NCBI GenBank assembly: GCA_965637545.1
Contig: OZ281494.1
Location: 12,896,001-12,960,000, forward strand
DNA from: Phallusia mammillata
Taxonomy: Eukaryota
Length of the DNA: 64,000 bases
Direction: 5' to 3'
How positions within the stretch are numbered: position 1 is the stretch's first letter; every line of letters starts with the position of its first letter. Shown here piece after piece: positions 23,326 to 34,052 of this stretch. Made by a program: the position numbers and the translations under genes. Under the pieces are notes generated by a model, which did not search any database, was not told the DNA's origin, and worked only from the letters and a program-made list of their open reading frames with translations.

Positions 23326-25020
23326 TTTTCTTCTTTTAGCTTGCTATTATAAAAAAAACGACTGTTTTGGGGGATTTATGGGCATGTTATAAATATTCTG
23401 GGGGGAGGGGTACTCTGTTGGGTGGGGGGAGGGTCTAAAACGTATGAACTCCGGAAGTTGTTGTCAAGGTAGTTTAAATAGTAAAACAGTTGTTGTCTTG
23501 GTGTATTAATCTCGCTTATGCAATACCGATATGTGCTAGAATTTGAAATGATCGTTATGAAAGTCTGTACTAAAACTACAAAACGATGAAATATGTGGGA
23601 GGGGGGTTGGGTTATTCTTATGTACAGCTATATCCTTTGTATCATAGATCTTCTGTCTTTTGTTTGCGTAAAAGCGGGGAATGTATCTAGCGCTCTGTAT
23701 AATTAAGCGCAGGAATAATTTACCATGGTTTAAACTACATTAATACGCAGAGCTGGATTTAGAGTCGACATGCAAAAACTGTGTCAAAGCAGCCATTTGC
23801 GGTCATTCCACTTCCAAACATCACAACTTTGTTGCTGCTTAACATGTTTGATTATGAACGAAAATAAAATTTCAATAAAAGCGCACACTTTCATGCGTGG
23901 CATTATTGGCGGGAAAACATGGCGGAAATTCTGAGTACCTCTTGCAGCATTTTAACCGAGATACTTGCTTCATGTTTAAACGTTAACATAAAATTACCGT
24001 CCTGGTGAATTGAAACATTAATTAGAACAGTTTTAAGTTTAGTTTTTGCGTCTTAAACGCTTCGAAAAACAAACAAAATTAAAACCCCCACGGTGGTCAT
24101 GTTTAAGGCTGGTTCAACCGATGTGAGTTAGGACGCCAAAGTCTCCGAAAGAGGAAAGCCGACAATTTGCAAGCTTGTTTGTTTGTTAGGATGACGAATT
24201 GACGACGAAGAGGACAGCGTGCAACTTTTTGTTTTGTTTCTAGGCAAAGTAAACACACATTTAAAACAAAAGCAGTTTTACTATATTTTTGAAAGTATTA
24301 ATGCAGTTAGTATGGTACTAGGGCTGTTTTGCAGGTCAAAATAATATTCTCATTTCAACAGCAAAGAAACGAAAAAGTAGTGTTATTAATTAAATGCTAT
24401 TAGCTATTGCCTATTGCGCTTAAGGATATTATGTCTAATTTATGAATAAAAGTAGATTTAAAACTTGCAAGCACAAATTTTAGTTCGCAAATTTAGTCCT
24501 GATCTAATTGCAAACATGCAGAAAATAACATGATATGTGCAAAATAACAAAAAATGTCTAAATTAAGAAATGTGATTAACGGTTTTAAATATAACACCTC
24601 GTTTTGATGTGCCACGTCCAACTGAGCAAGCTTATGTGTCATATACTCATATTGCATAAAAAAAACTCACCAGATTATGAGAAAAATACTTTACATGTTT
24701 ATTGTCCAGTCTGCAGAATATGGCAGTTCCCAACAATATCACAGGCATTTAGAAAAGGTTGTCTCGTGTGTGCGCTTGCACTGGCCTTAAGTCCGCCTGC
24801 AAGACAATGTTTAGTGCATACAATACAAGTAAGAGGGCCATGTAGTAGTTTGGGTAAATGCAGCTGCCATACTTGCAGATTGGTTTATTGTCAGGTTTGT
24901 TCACCTTATAAAGGCATTTCTGACATAATGATCTCAAGACATAATGCATTTACATACCTTAAAGTTAACATAGTTTTGTACTTTCAGTTTAAGCGATTAC
25001 AAAATAGTAACTTTGATGAC

Positions 25021-26691
25021 ATGATTTACTCCATACCACAGTACACCAAAACAGCTCTGGGCCTGTTGGATGAAATGAGAAAGAACAATGAGTTTTGTGA
25101 CATATACATCAACATTAATGGCAATAACTATGCAGCACACAAGGCAGTGCTTGTGGCTGGAAGTCTGTTCATGAGAGAAAGACTTGCTAAACTTTCTGGG
25201 ATTTTTCTGAACCTACATTTGAAGTTGTCTGACCCAGCGGTGTTTGATGATCTTCTAAAATTTCTATACACTGGAGAAATATTGCTGACAGAACAAAATG
25301 TTGCCGAAATAACAATGCTTGCCTCATACTTACAGATTAATGACATTTTAACATTAACTTCTCAGTTTTTAAATAGTATGCAACCTGTGGAAAATTTTAG
25401 CTCAAGCATTCCATTGTTTGAGGTTGCTGTTGAACATGATGGTCTATTGGAAGATTTTGATTCTAATGAGCCCGAAGAAAGCCAATTAGACGATACAAAC
25501 CTTTGTAATGACTCATCGTCAGATATGGAATGCCAGCAGAAAATTCCTTCATTTTGTACAAAAAAAGATAACTTGACCAGGGTAGCATTCATTGCAGAAG
25601 AGCAAAAATATCGCTGCAAAGTTTGCTGCAAAGATTTTTTACGGAAATCAACTTGTTCAAGTCACTGCATGACACACACCATTGACGTTTACTTTTGCAC
25701 AGACTGTTGCAAGCCCTTTGATACTCCTGAACAATTAAATGTGCATTATTCACACAATCAAACATGTTTACACTTTGCAAAAGAACAACAGCAGGTTAGC
25801 AGAGATTGTAACGACTTTCTTACCAAACAACAAGTTAATGATGGGTTTAGGTTTAAGTGTGTTGATTGTTTTAAAGCATTCCAAGATTTTAAAACATTTC
25901 AAGATCACAGACAGACAAAACATAATGTAGAGGAAGCACTCACGTGCCCATTTTGTGAGGAATCCTTTGAAGATAGTGATTCTTTGTGTGATCATATTCA
26001 AGAGCATTACAGGACAGATAGTGCAGACGCGAACAAAAAAACAAACAAATTGGACAAAATGAGTGCAACATGCCTACACTGCAATAAAGTATTTCTTAAC
26101 CGTCGCAATTTACAGCGACACTGCAAAGAGACTAGATGCGGAAAAATGTCAATTAAAAAGCGCCCAAGCAAAAATGTTGATGACAAAACAAAGGAAATTT
26201 TTGCTTTTCAATGTGCATGTGGTCCTGGCTTTTCAACTTTTGCAGAATTTGCAACACACAGTGAAGAAAAGCATGCAATGGCTGTTGATATGTTTTGTCA
26301 GTTTTGTGGTATACTATTTGGAAATGAAGAGTGGCTTGAAAAACATGTACAACAACATGTGGCTGAAAAGAAAGCTGCCATTGAAAACGGGGGAGAAAAG
26401 TTTACTTGCCAGCTGTGCGAACTAACATTTGATCATGAAGACTTATTTGAGCAACATAATAAGCAAAAATGTTCTGATTCTTGTCGATTTTGTTCTAAAC
26501 CTTTTGACAAACGTCTGAACCTTGTACGTCACATAAAAATGCACACTGGTGAAAAACCATTCCCTTGCTTTGAATGCAATAGCAGATTTGGTCGTAAAGA
26601 TACAATGTTTCAACATTTGCGTGTCATGCACTCAATTGTAATGCCAAAGCAGCTTGTGGCATTAAAATTTCCTGGTAAAACAAGCAGGTGA
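25021..26691 (+). CDS. BTB/POZ-zinc finger protein, array member 1 (intronless CDS)
   Basis: BTB MIYSIPQY...LLDEMRKNNEFCDIYINING...HKAVLVAGS...LLKFLYTGEI; many C2H2/C2HC fingers including HTGEKPFPC. Start set at the family MIY motif, not at 24604. Confidence 0.92.
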   Translation: MIYSIPQYTKTALGLLDEMRKNNEFCDIYININGNNYAAHKAVLVAGSLFMRERLAKLSGIFLNLHLKLSDPAVFDDLLKFLYTGEILLTEQNVAEITMLASYLQINDILTLTSQFLNSMQPVENFSSSIPLFEVAVEHDGLLEDFDSNEPEESQLDDTNLCNDSSSDMECQQKIPSFCTKKDNLTRVAFIAEEQKYRCKVCCKDFLRKSTCSSHCMTHTIDVYFCTDCCKPFDTPEQLNVHYSHNQTCLHFAKEQQQVSRDCNDFLTKQQVNDGFRFKCVDCFKAFQDFKTFQDHRQTKHNVEEALTCPFCEESFEDSDSLCDHIQEHYRTDSADANKKTNKLDKMSATCLHCNKVFLNRRNLQRHCKETRCGKMSIKKRPSKNVDDKTKEIFAFQCACGPGFSTFAEFATHSEEKHAMAVDMFCQFCGILFGNEEWLEKHVQQHVAEKKAAIENGGEKFTCQLCELTFDHEDLFEQHNKQKCSDSCRFCSKPFDKRLNLVRHIKMHTGEKPFPCFECNSRFGRKDTMFQHLRVMHSIVMPKQLVALKFPGKTSR

Positions 26692-27181
26692 TAGTGAATT
26701 TGCCAGTACTGATCTAACTCATACCTGGGCTTTGTGTGTTTAACAGCTATGCATATTTATGGCCCTTTGGTTGTCTCCATCTGACCTGTTTAAGCTATTT
26801 GGGTATTACAGAATAAATATGTGTCATGCATAGACTAAAGCAGCATTGCTTACTCGCATACAAAATAATGAAAAAAACATGTGACTGTGACACAAAAGTA
26901 ACATAATGATATATATACTCTTTTCACTTGTCAAAGTCTATGATTGTCGAACTATTCGTAATGAAAAAATGGTGCAAAGCTGTAAAAAAATTGCCAGAGT
27001 CATGTTTTGTTATTTATGTCTGTGCATTTTGTAGGTTCCAGTGGCAACTTGCAAAATTAGTGATACCTTATGCATTTTGTCATACATACAAAATTTGTTT
27101 TTTAAGTTTGTTTAAATCTTTCTTTATGTTTTCTAGACAAGTTTGCTGTAGGGTTGTTAATAAATTGAAACTTCGCAGAAA

Positions 27182-28873
27182 ATGATTTTTTCATCACCCG
27201 AGTACCCTGTGACAGCCCTGAAGCTGCTAAATGAAATGCGACAAAACAATGAATTCTGTGACATTCTGATCAGCATCAATGGAACAAAATATGCGGCACA
27301 TAAAGCCATTTTGGTTGCTGGCAGCCAATACATGCGACAACATCTTGCCAACCTTACTACAAAGGTGTTTGTTCTTAATTTGCAGTTGACAAGTCTAAGT
27401 GTGTTTGAAGAAGTTCTACAGTTTCTGTACAATGGACAAATTGAACTTACAGAGCAAAATATTGCTGAAATGACCATGTTAGCTTCCTATCTTCAGATGC
27501 CGGAACTGCTAAATCTTACTTCCCAGTTTATTAACAGCTTTCAAGAGTTTAGTGTTGCAAATGAATTGGCCGAGTTGGAATACTCAATTGAACCACAGGA
27601 TGTTTCGAATGACCAAATGAGTTTTCTAGACCAAGATGATAGTACTGAGAATGAATTGACTTCTTCACCTGCCAAAAAACAGAAAACAAGCACTTGCAAT
27701 GAAGAAGATAACTCTACAATAAAGCTTTACGAGCGGCGGTGGAAAAAATTTCAATGCAAAACTTGTGGTAAACAGTTTTCACGCAAATATATTTGTATCA
27801 ACCACTGCTTATCACATGTTGATAAGAGCAGTGGCTCATTCTTATGCAATCATTGTGGAAACCTCCATAAAACTGTGGATGAGTTAAGAACTCATTATTC
27901 ACAAAGCAGAGAGTGTTGGCTTGCAGGACTGAATCGTTCACAACAAAACTCCACCCTCTTTCCTTATTTAAGCAAGCGTGATATCTTAAATGGATTACGA
28001 TTTAAATGTGATGTTTGTTTTGAAAAATATGAGAATTTTGTTCCTTTTCAAACTCACAGGCGCAATGAACATGGAATAGAAGAGACCCTGAAATGTTCAA
28101 TATGCAATGAATGTTTCGATACAGAGGAGTTTCTTACTTGTCATATACCAGAGCATTATAAAGTAACAAAGAATTACGAAAGGCAACAAAGGAGTACAAA
28201 AAGACCAACATACCAGCCTAAAGACACAGATCCAAGCTGTCCAATTTGTCGTAAATTATTTTCGTGTAAAAAAACACTAAAGCGTCACTTGGAAACCAAC
28301 AGAAGAGGACACTGTGGAAAACTTCTTCAGAAAATTAATAGCTCTGAAGAAACTAGTTCACCCACAGAAGAAGAACAGAATGAGTCTTCAGACAATATTA
28401 CCGGTTATCTGTGTGATGGTTGTAAGGTCGGATTTGAAAAGTTCGCTGAATTTGCATCGCACTGTCTAGAACTGCATGGCACCAATCCTGAGATGAAGTG
28501 TAGGTTTTGTGAACTTGTGTTTGCAAAAGAACTATGGGTTGACAAACATGTAGAGTATCATGTCACTCAAAAACAAGAAGAAACAGCCAAGGGAGAGGAA
28601 TACACATGCCAACTTTGTGCCGCCACATTTCAAAGTGACAATAATTTTCAGTGCCACAAAACAATGAAATGTGCATCTGAGTGCAGGTTCTGTGGAAAAA
28701 GGTTCAGTCGATTTGCTAATCTTAGAAGACATGTTCGCACTCATACTGGGGATCGACCATATCCATGTTTTGAGTGTGATTTATCATTTGCACGGAAAGA
28801 CATCTTGTTTCAGCATCTTCGTCTGAGACATTCCATTGTAATGCCAAGGCAGTCTATGATTGAAACAATGTAA
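27182..28873 (+). CDS. BTB/POZ-zinc finger protein, array member 2 (563 aa)
   Basis: BTB FCDILISING..HKAILVAGSQYM..FLYNGQI; fingers ending HTGDRPYPCFECD. Confidence 0.93.
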   Translation: MIFSSPEYPVTALKLLNEMRQNNEFCDILISINGTKYAAHKAILVAGSQYMRQHLANLTTKVFVLNLQLTSLSVFEEVLQFLYNGQIELTEQNIAEMTMLASYLQMPELLNLTSQFINSFQEFSVANELAELEYSIEPQDVSNDQMSFLDQDDSTENELTSSPAKKQKTSTCNEEDNSTIKLYERRWKKFQCKTCGKQFSRKYICINHCLSHVDKSSGSFLCNHCGNLHKTVDELRTHYSQSRECWLAGLNRSQQNSTLFPYLSKRDILNGLRFKCDVCFEKYENFVPFQTHRRNEHGIEETLKCSICNECFDTEEFLTCHIPEHYKVTKNYERQQRSTKRPTYQPKDTDPSCPICRKLFSCKKTLKRHLETNRRGHCGKLLQKINSSEETSSPTEEEQNESSDNITGYLCDGCKVGFEKFAEFASHCLELHGTNPEMKCRFCELVFAKELWVDKHVEYHVTQKQEETAKGEEYTCQLCAATFQSDNNFQCHKTMKCASECRFCGKRFSRFANLRRHVRTHTGDRPYPCFECDLSFARKDILFQHLRLRHSIVMPRQSMIETM

Positions 28874-29333
28874 AAAAATGTGATATGTGTGTGCTGACAC
28901 TTTAATTCTATATGATCTGTGTTAAATTTTGCTTACATTGATAAACTGCAAACTTTATGTACCAGCGGTTTCCATCTATTTATAATCATACACTTATACA
29001 TAAATAATGGTTCATTGCCATTTCTGTGCAGGTAGAATTTCAACCTTACTAAATATCCTTATGTACCACATTGAATTATTTGCATGCCACAGGTGAATGG
29101 CTGGAAACCACTGGTAAACATCATTGTATTAGTGCATGGTTTAGGTATTTCCTTTTTTACGCTGTGTAAAATTGTGCATTAGTTTAAAGCAAACAATAGA
29201 TTGAAATGTTGTGGTGTTATAACAATGTGTGTGTGTATATATGTTGAAGTCACAATTGCAACCATTTATTTCAATGCGTCTTTTACATTTGCAGGAAAAA
29301 ATAGGAAAAACTTACTGTTTAATTTCTGCTAAA

Positions 29334-31412
29334 ATGATCTATGTTGCTACTGAGCATTCCATCACAGTTTTGAAGCTGCTAAACAATCTCCGAAAAAACA
29401 ATGAATTCTGTGACATCACTGTTAACATAAATGGCTCCAAGTTCCGTGCACACAAGTCAGTACTTGCAGCAAGTAGTCAATATATGCGACAACATCTACA
29501 ATCTGAAAACTTTATACAGTTAAGTTTAAAGTTGAAAAGTACCACGATTTTTCAAGATGTTCTTGAATTTTTGTACACTGGAGAAATTGTGTTGACAAAT
29601 GAAAATATTGCTGAAGTGACCATGCTGGGTTCATACTTGAAAATTAATGATCTAACTAGGCTTACTGTTCAGTATTTAAATGGAATGCAAGCAAAAGGCA
29701 GTCTTGCTTCCCAAAAGTCACCATCTGTTCAAGTCATTGTACATGAAGGAAAAAGTTTAAACCCTTTCAACCAAAAATTTACTGTAAAGGATGGTAGACT
29801 TGCAACCTGGCAAACACCAATTAAAAAAATAAAAACTGAATCCTACCAATCCATGCAAACATTAAACCTAAATTCAAAAGTACTTTTGCTATCAGAAAGG
29901 AAAACTGATGATGAAAGGGAAGATTTTGATGACCTTGAACCAGCGTTTGAAGATGATACATTAATGCAAAGTGACAACGATTCTCTGCCTATTCATGAAT
30001 CACCAATGAGTGTTTCATCCTTCTATTTCAAGTCAATTATTCCACAAGCTTCTGGCATCAGTGATCGCCATGCTGTCAATGAGTCTTTGTCAAGCAACGA
30101 ACAGATAGAGCCCAATAAAATTGAACTTGAACCTGAAGTTGAACTGACTATGAAGGGGAGTCTGCTACTGAAAGAACAGTTTATGTCAGAACCCTATCTT
30201 ACCATGATGGACATATCGAATGGTCTTTTGTTTAAATGTGACATTTGTTTGGAAACATTTTGTAACTTTGATTTATTTAAAGAGCATAGAATGTTGTCAC
30301 ATGAATTAGAAGAAACACCAAAGTGCTGGATATGTGGAGAACAATTTGATTCTGGTAATGACCTTGCTCTGCATGTTCATGTCCATTATTTTGAGAAAGG
30401 TGATAAAATATTTAGAACTATTACCCAATCTGTAGAAGCAAATATTTTTCCTTGTCTTATGTGCAGTGAACAATTTTCCAAACACAAAGATTTGCAGCAA
30501 CATTTGGAAACAAGCCATGAAGAGGACTGGCCTTTTACTTGCACCAAATGTGGTGTTACTTTTGAACATAACCAAGCCCTTGGATTGTCTTTACACATAT
30601 TGTCACTGCATGCAAAGAGAAAAAAGCAATCAGCTTATTTCAGTGAGTCACAAAGAAACGAAAAAGACAAGGAGTATTTATGCACAGATTGTGGCTTGAT
30701 TTATACATCGAAGGAAATTTATGAGGAGCATGTTGAATCAAAGTGCACTCAAAGAGGTCATGTTTGCCAAATTTGCTCACGTTCTTTCACCAGACCTCAG
30801 TTACTAAGGCGTCATCTAACTCTTCCAAGGTTCTCCTGTGGTGAAGAATTGAAGAAATGGAGGAAAGATAATAATAAGATTAATGTCACAGAGGTTTTGC
30901 CACGACAAAATCCTGTCCCTGGATACCTTTGTGGAGACTGTGACTCAGGTTTCCAAAAGTTTAATGAGTTTAATACACATAGACTGGAAAAACACAATGC
31001 TAGTGAAGAACCGAAATGTCGTTTTTGTGATCTGGTAATAAGTGATGAAAAAAAACTTGATAAACATGTTAGTATCCATGTTGCAAGTAAAACATCAGCT
31101 AGGACCAAAAGGCGTCACCCTTCTCTTACCGAAGATGGAAAATGGACATGTATTGTTTGTGAAGCTGTTTTCGAACTTGAAAGTGATTATAGGTTTCATA
31201 AAACACTTCGATGTGCATTAAAATGCAGATTTTGCAACTTTTCCTCTGGAAAGAAGCAACGTCTTAGACAACACGTCAGTGGGCACTTAAGGGTCTTGCC
31301 TTTTCCCTGTTTAAAGTGTGACAAGGCATTTAGTTGGAGACAAAGTTTGCTAAACCACATGCACACTCAACATGCTGTTGAAAGTGTAATAAACTTAGAT
31401 GATTCAATATAA
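29334..31412 (+). CDS. BTB/POZ-zinc finger protein, array member 3
   Basis: MIYVATEH start; BTB FCDITVNING..HKSVLAASSQYM..FLYTGEI; finger array; close paralog of member 4. Confidence 0.92.
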   Translation: MIYVATEHSITVLKLLNNLRKNNEFCDITVNINGSKFRAHKSVLAASSQYMRQHLQSENFIQLSLKLKSTTIFQDVLEFLYTGEIVLTNENIAEVTMLGSYLKINDLTRLTVQYLNGMQAKGSLASQKSPSVQVIVHEGKSLNPFNQKFTVKDGRLATWQTPIKKIKTESYQSMQTLNLNSKVLLLSERKTDDEREDFDDLEPAFEDDTLMQSDNDSLPIHESPMSVSSFYFKSIIPQASGISDRHAVNESLSSNEQIEPNKIELEPEVELTMKGSLLLKEQFMSEPYLTMMDISNGLLFKCDICLETFCNFDLFKEHRMLSHELEETPKCWICGEQFDSGNDLALHVHVHYFEKGDKIFRTITQSVEANIFPCLMCSEQFSKHKDLQQHLETSHEEDWPFTCTKCGVTFEHNQALGLSLHILSLHAKRKKQSAYFSESQRNEKDKEYLCTDCGLIYTSKEIYEEHVESKCTQRGHVCQICSRSFTRPQLLRRHLTLPRFSCGEELKKWRKDNNKINVTEVLPRQNPVPGYLCGDCDSGFQKFNEFNTHRLEKHNASEEPKCRFCDLVISDEKKLDKHVSIHVASKTSARTKRRHPSLTEDGKWTCIVCEAVFELESDYRFHKTLRCALKCRFCNFSSGKKQRLRQHVSGHLRVLPFPCLKCDKAFSWRQSLLNHMHTQHAVESVINLDDSI

Positions 31413-31737
31413 GTGTTATCAAACATGTCAACTTTATCAAAACCATCATTACAATTGCCTTTTTTCAGTTTATTTCTAATGTAAGCAGTTCAGTGATATA
31501 CCATTGATTTCATATGCTTTGCTTCAATTTGTTTTGCTACACTACAGTACTTTTTTACTTGCCTTACCTTCATTATGTTTAGATAAGGTTTTGATGCTTT
31601 ATTTTCTTTTTTCAAATAGGAAAAAAACTGTGTAGATACCATTAAAGTTATTTTGTACATCCTAATGGGAAAGATTTCTGAATTGCCTCATTGCTGAACA
31701 CTTTGGATTTAAAGATTGCTGGTTCCCTTATTGAGTC

Positions 31738-33864
31738 ATGATCTATGCATCACCGGATTATTGTCAAACAGCTCTGAAGCTGTTGAATGAATTGCGCCAA
31801 AATAATGAATTCTGTGACATTACTGTTGACATTGATGGAACTAAATACACAGCACACAAATCAGTACTTGTAGCAGGTAGCCAATATATGCGACAGCATC
31901 TGCCTGCATTATCTGAAAACTTCATACAGCTTAACTTAAAGTTGACAATAACAGACATTTTTGAACATGTTCTTAATTTTTTGTACACTGGAGAAATTGC
32001 ATTGACAAATGGAAATGTTTCAGAATTGACGATGTTGGGCTCTTATTTGCAAATTACAGAACTGACTTGGTTGACTGTTCAGTTTTTAAATGGAATGCAA
32101 ATTCAGAATGGGTTGGGTTGTGATATGTCTCCAGCAGTACAAGTCATTGTACAGGAAGAAAAAAGTTTAGATGATTTAAACCAAACCACATCTGAGCCGG
32201 ATGATGCAATAGTAGCTTGTTCCACTCCTAAGAAAAAAATCAAAAAAGAATCATACAAAGTCGTGCAAACATTACATTTAAATTCAAAATTAGTTGTAAT
32301 ATCAGAAAGAAAAATGGAAGACGAAAAGGATGATTTCAATGACACTGGATCGGAACTTGCTAATGATACAATAATGCAGAGTGATGATGATATTCATTCT
32401 AATCACAATTCACCTACAAAGATTTCATCTTTATATACATTTGACGAAAAGCTGGACAAGTATGAATGTATCATCTGTGGCAAGATGTTTAACCGAAAAA
32501 CTTCTTGTCTCAGTCATTGCAAGACCCACAGCGAATTTGTTGATGCTTCTTTGGTAAAGAGCGAACGAAAGAAACCTGTTAAAACTAGTTCAAGACCTCA
32601 TCGTCAACTAACAATGAAGGACAGCATAATACTGCGAAAACGGCTGATGTCAAAACCTTACCTTAGCAGAAAAAATATTTCTAATGGTCTGTTGTTTAAA
32701 TGTGACATCTGTTGGGAAACTTTTCGTAAATTTGACTCATTTAAAGAGCATAGAATGTTGTCACACGAAATTGACGAGATACCTAAGTGTTGGGTATGTG
32801 AAGATGTGTTTCAGTCTGGAGATGACCTTGCTCAGCATGTTCCTGTGCATTATTTTAAAGAAGGTCAAAATTTTCAAAAAAAATCTAAACCAAAAACACT
32901 ACCAAAGATACTGCCCTGCCTGTTGTGTGATGAACAATTTGCTGAGCAAGTTGACTTGCAACAACATCTTGAAACAATGCATGAAGAGGACTGGCCTATA
33001 ACCTGTATTGATTGTAATATTACTTTTGAAAGCCATCATGACTCTTCATTGTCTTTGCATATACAGTCGTGCCACTCAATGAAAGAAAAACCTCCAACAA
33101 AGAAAGAACCTGAAGAATTCTTATGTACAGAATGTGGCCTGATTTTCAGATTGCAAGAAATTTATGAAGAGCATGTTGCTTCACGATGTGCACATCGCGG
33201 TCATGTTTGTCAAATTTGTTCACGCTCTTTCACAAGTCCTCAAGGGTTAAAGCGTCATCATAAGTCTGAAAAATTTTCATGTGGTGAACAAATAAAAAAA
33301 TGGAGGCTTGATAATGACAAGATTGATGTCAGAAAAGTTAAGTCTCAGGAACATGTGTTGGAATATCTTTGCACGGATTGTAACTCAGGTTTCCATAAAT
33401 TTGATGAGTTTTACTCACATCGATTGGAAATACACAATACCAGTGAAGAAATGAGGTGTCGATTTTGTGATTTTGTGGCAAATTATAAATCTCAACTTGA
33501 CAAACACGTTTATTTCCATGCTGTACGGAGAAATTGTGCAAGGGTAAGAAGACGATACCCATCACTAACGGAAGATGGAAAATGGACATGTATTGTTTGT
33601 GAAGCAATTTTTGAACATGAAAGTGATTATCGTTTTCACAAAACACTTAGGTGTGCCATTAAATGCAGATTTTGTAAGTTTTCAAGTGGAAGAAAAAAAC
33701 TCCTGAGGAGTCATATAAGCCGACATCTACAGAATCTACCGTTTCCCTGTTTAAAGTGTGACATGGCCTTTAGTCGAAGATGGAGTTTAAACAAACATAT
33801 GCAGAAACAACATGCGGTTGAAAGTCTCCTTAATAAAAGTCTAAACTATGAAACTGTGACATAG
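31738..33864 (+). CDS. BTB/POZ-zinc finger protein, array member 4 (708 aa)
   Basis: BTB FCDITVDIDG..HKSVLVAGSQYM..FLYTGEI; finger array. Confidence 0.93.
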   Translation: MIYASPDYCQTALKLLNELRQNNEFCDITVDIDGTKYTAHKSVLVAGSQYMRQHLPALSENFIQLNLKLTITDIFEHVLNFLYTGEIALTNGNVSELTMLGSYLQITELTWLTVQFLNGMQIQNGLGCDMSPAVQVIVQEEKSLDDLNQTTSEPDDAIVACSTPKKKIKKESYKVVQTLHLNSKLVVISERKMEDEKDDFNDTGSELANDTIMQSDDDIHSNHNSPTKISSLYTFDEKLDKYECIICGKMFNRKTSCLSHCKTHSEFVDASLVKSERKKPVKTSSRPHRQLTMKDSIILRKRLMSKPYLSRKNISNGLLFKCDICWETFRKFDSFKEHRMLSHEIDEIPKCWVCEDVFQSGDDLAQHVPVHYFKEGQNFQKKSKPKTLPKILPCLLCDEQFAEQVDLQQHLETMHEEDWPITCIDCNITFESHHDSSLSLHIQSCHSMKEKPPTKKEPEEFLCTECGLIFRLQEIYEEHVASRCAHRGHVCQICSRSFTSPQGLKRHHKSEKFSCGEQIKKWRLDNDKIDVRKVKSQEHVLEYLCTDCNSGFHKFDEFYSHRLEIHNTSEEMRCRFCDFVANYKSQLDKHVYFHAVRRNCARVRRRYPSLTEDGKWTCIVCEAIFEHESDYRFHKTLRCAIKCRFCKFSSGRKKLLRSHISRHLQNLPFPCLKCDMAFSRRWSLNKHMQKQHAVESLLNKSLNYETVT

Positions 33865-34052
33865 CTGTCCAAATTTTTTTGGAAAACTTTTTATTTTTTT
33901 TAGTGTTTTTAACACAGATTTTTTTTGTTTATTTGTGTATATGTGTACTTTCATGTCTTGTTTGTTTTTCAGGTTGTAGGTTAGGTGACAAAATATTTTT
34001 GGTGACAAAAATATTCTTTGTAATATTCTGAATCACTGAAAACCATATTATC

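Noticed and set aside
24604-25020. 139-codon N-terminal extension of BTB-ZF member 1 in the ORF track
   Set aside because: It starts at a non-ATG codon, crosses a strong splice acceptor (24987), and all paralogs start at the MIY-type ATG; likely a chance open frame.
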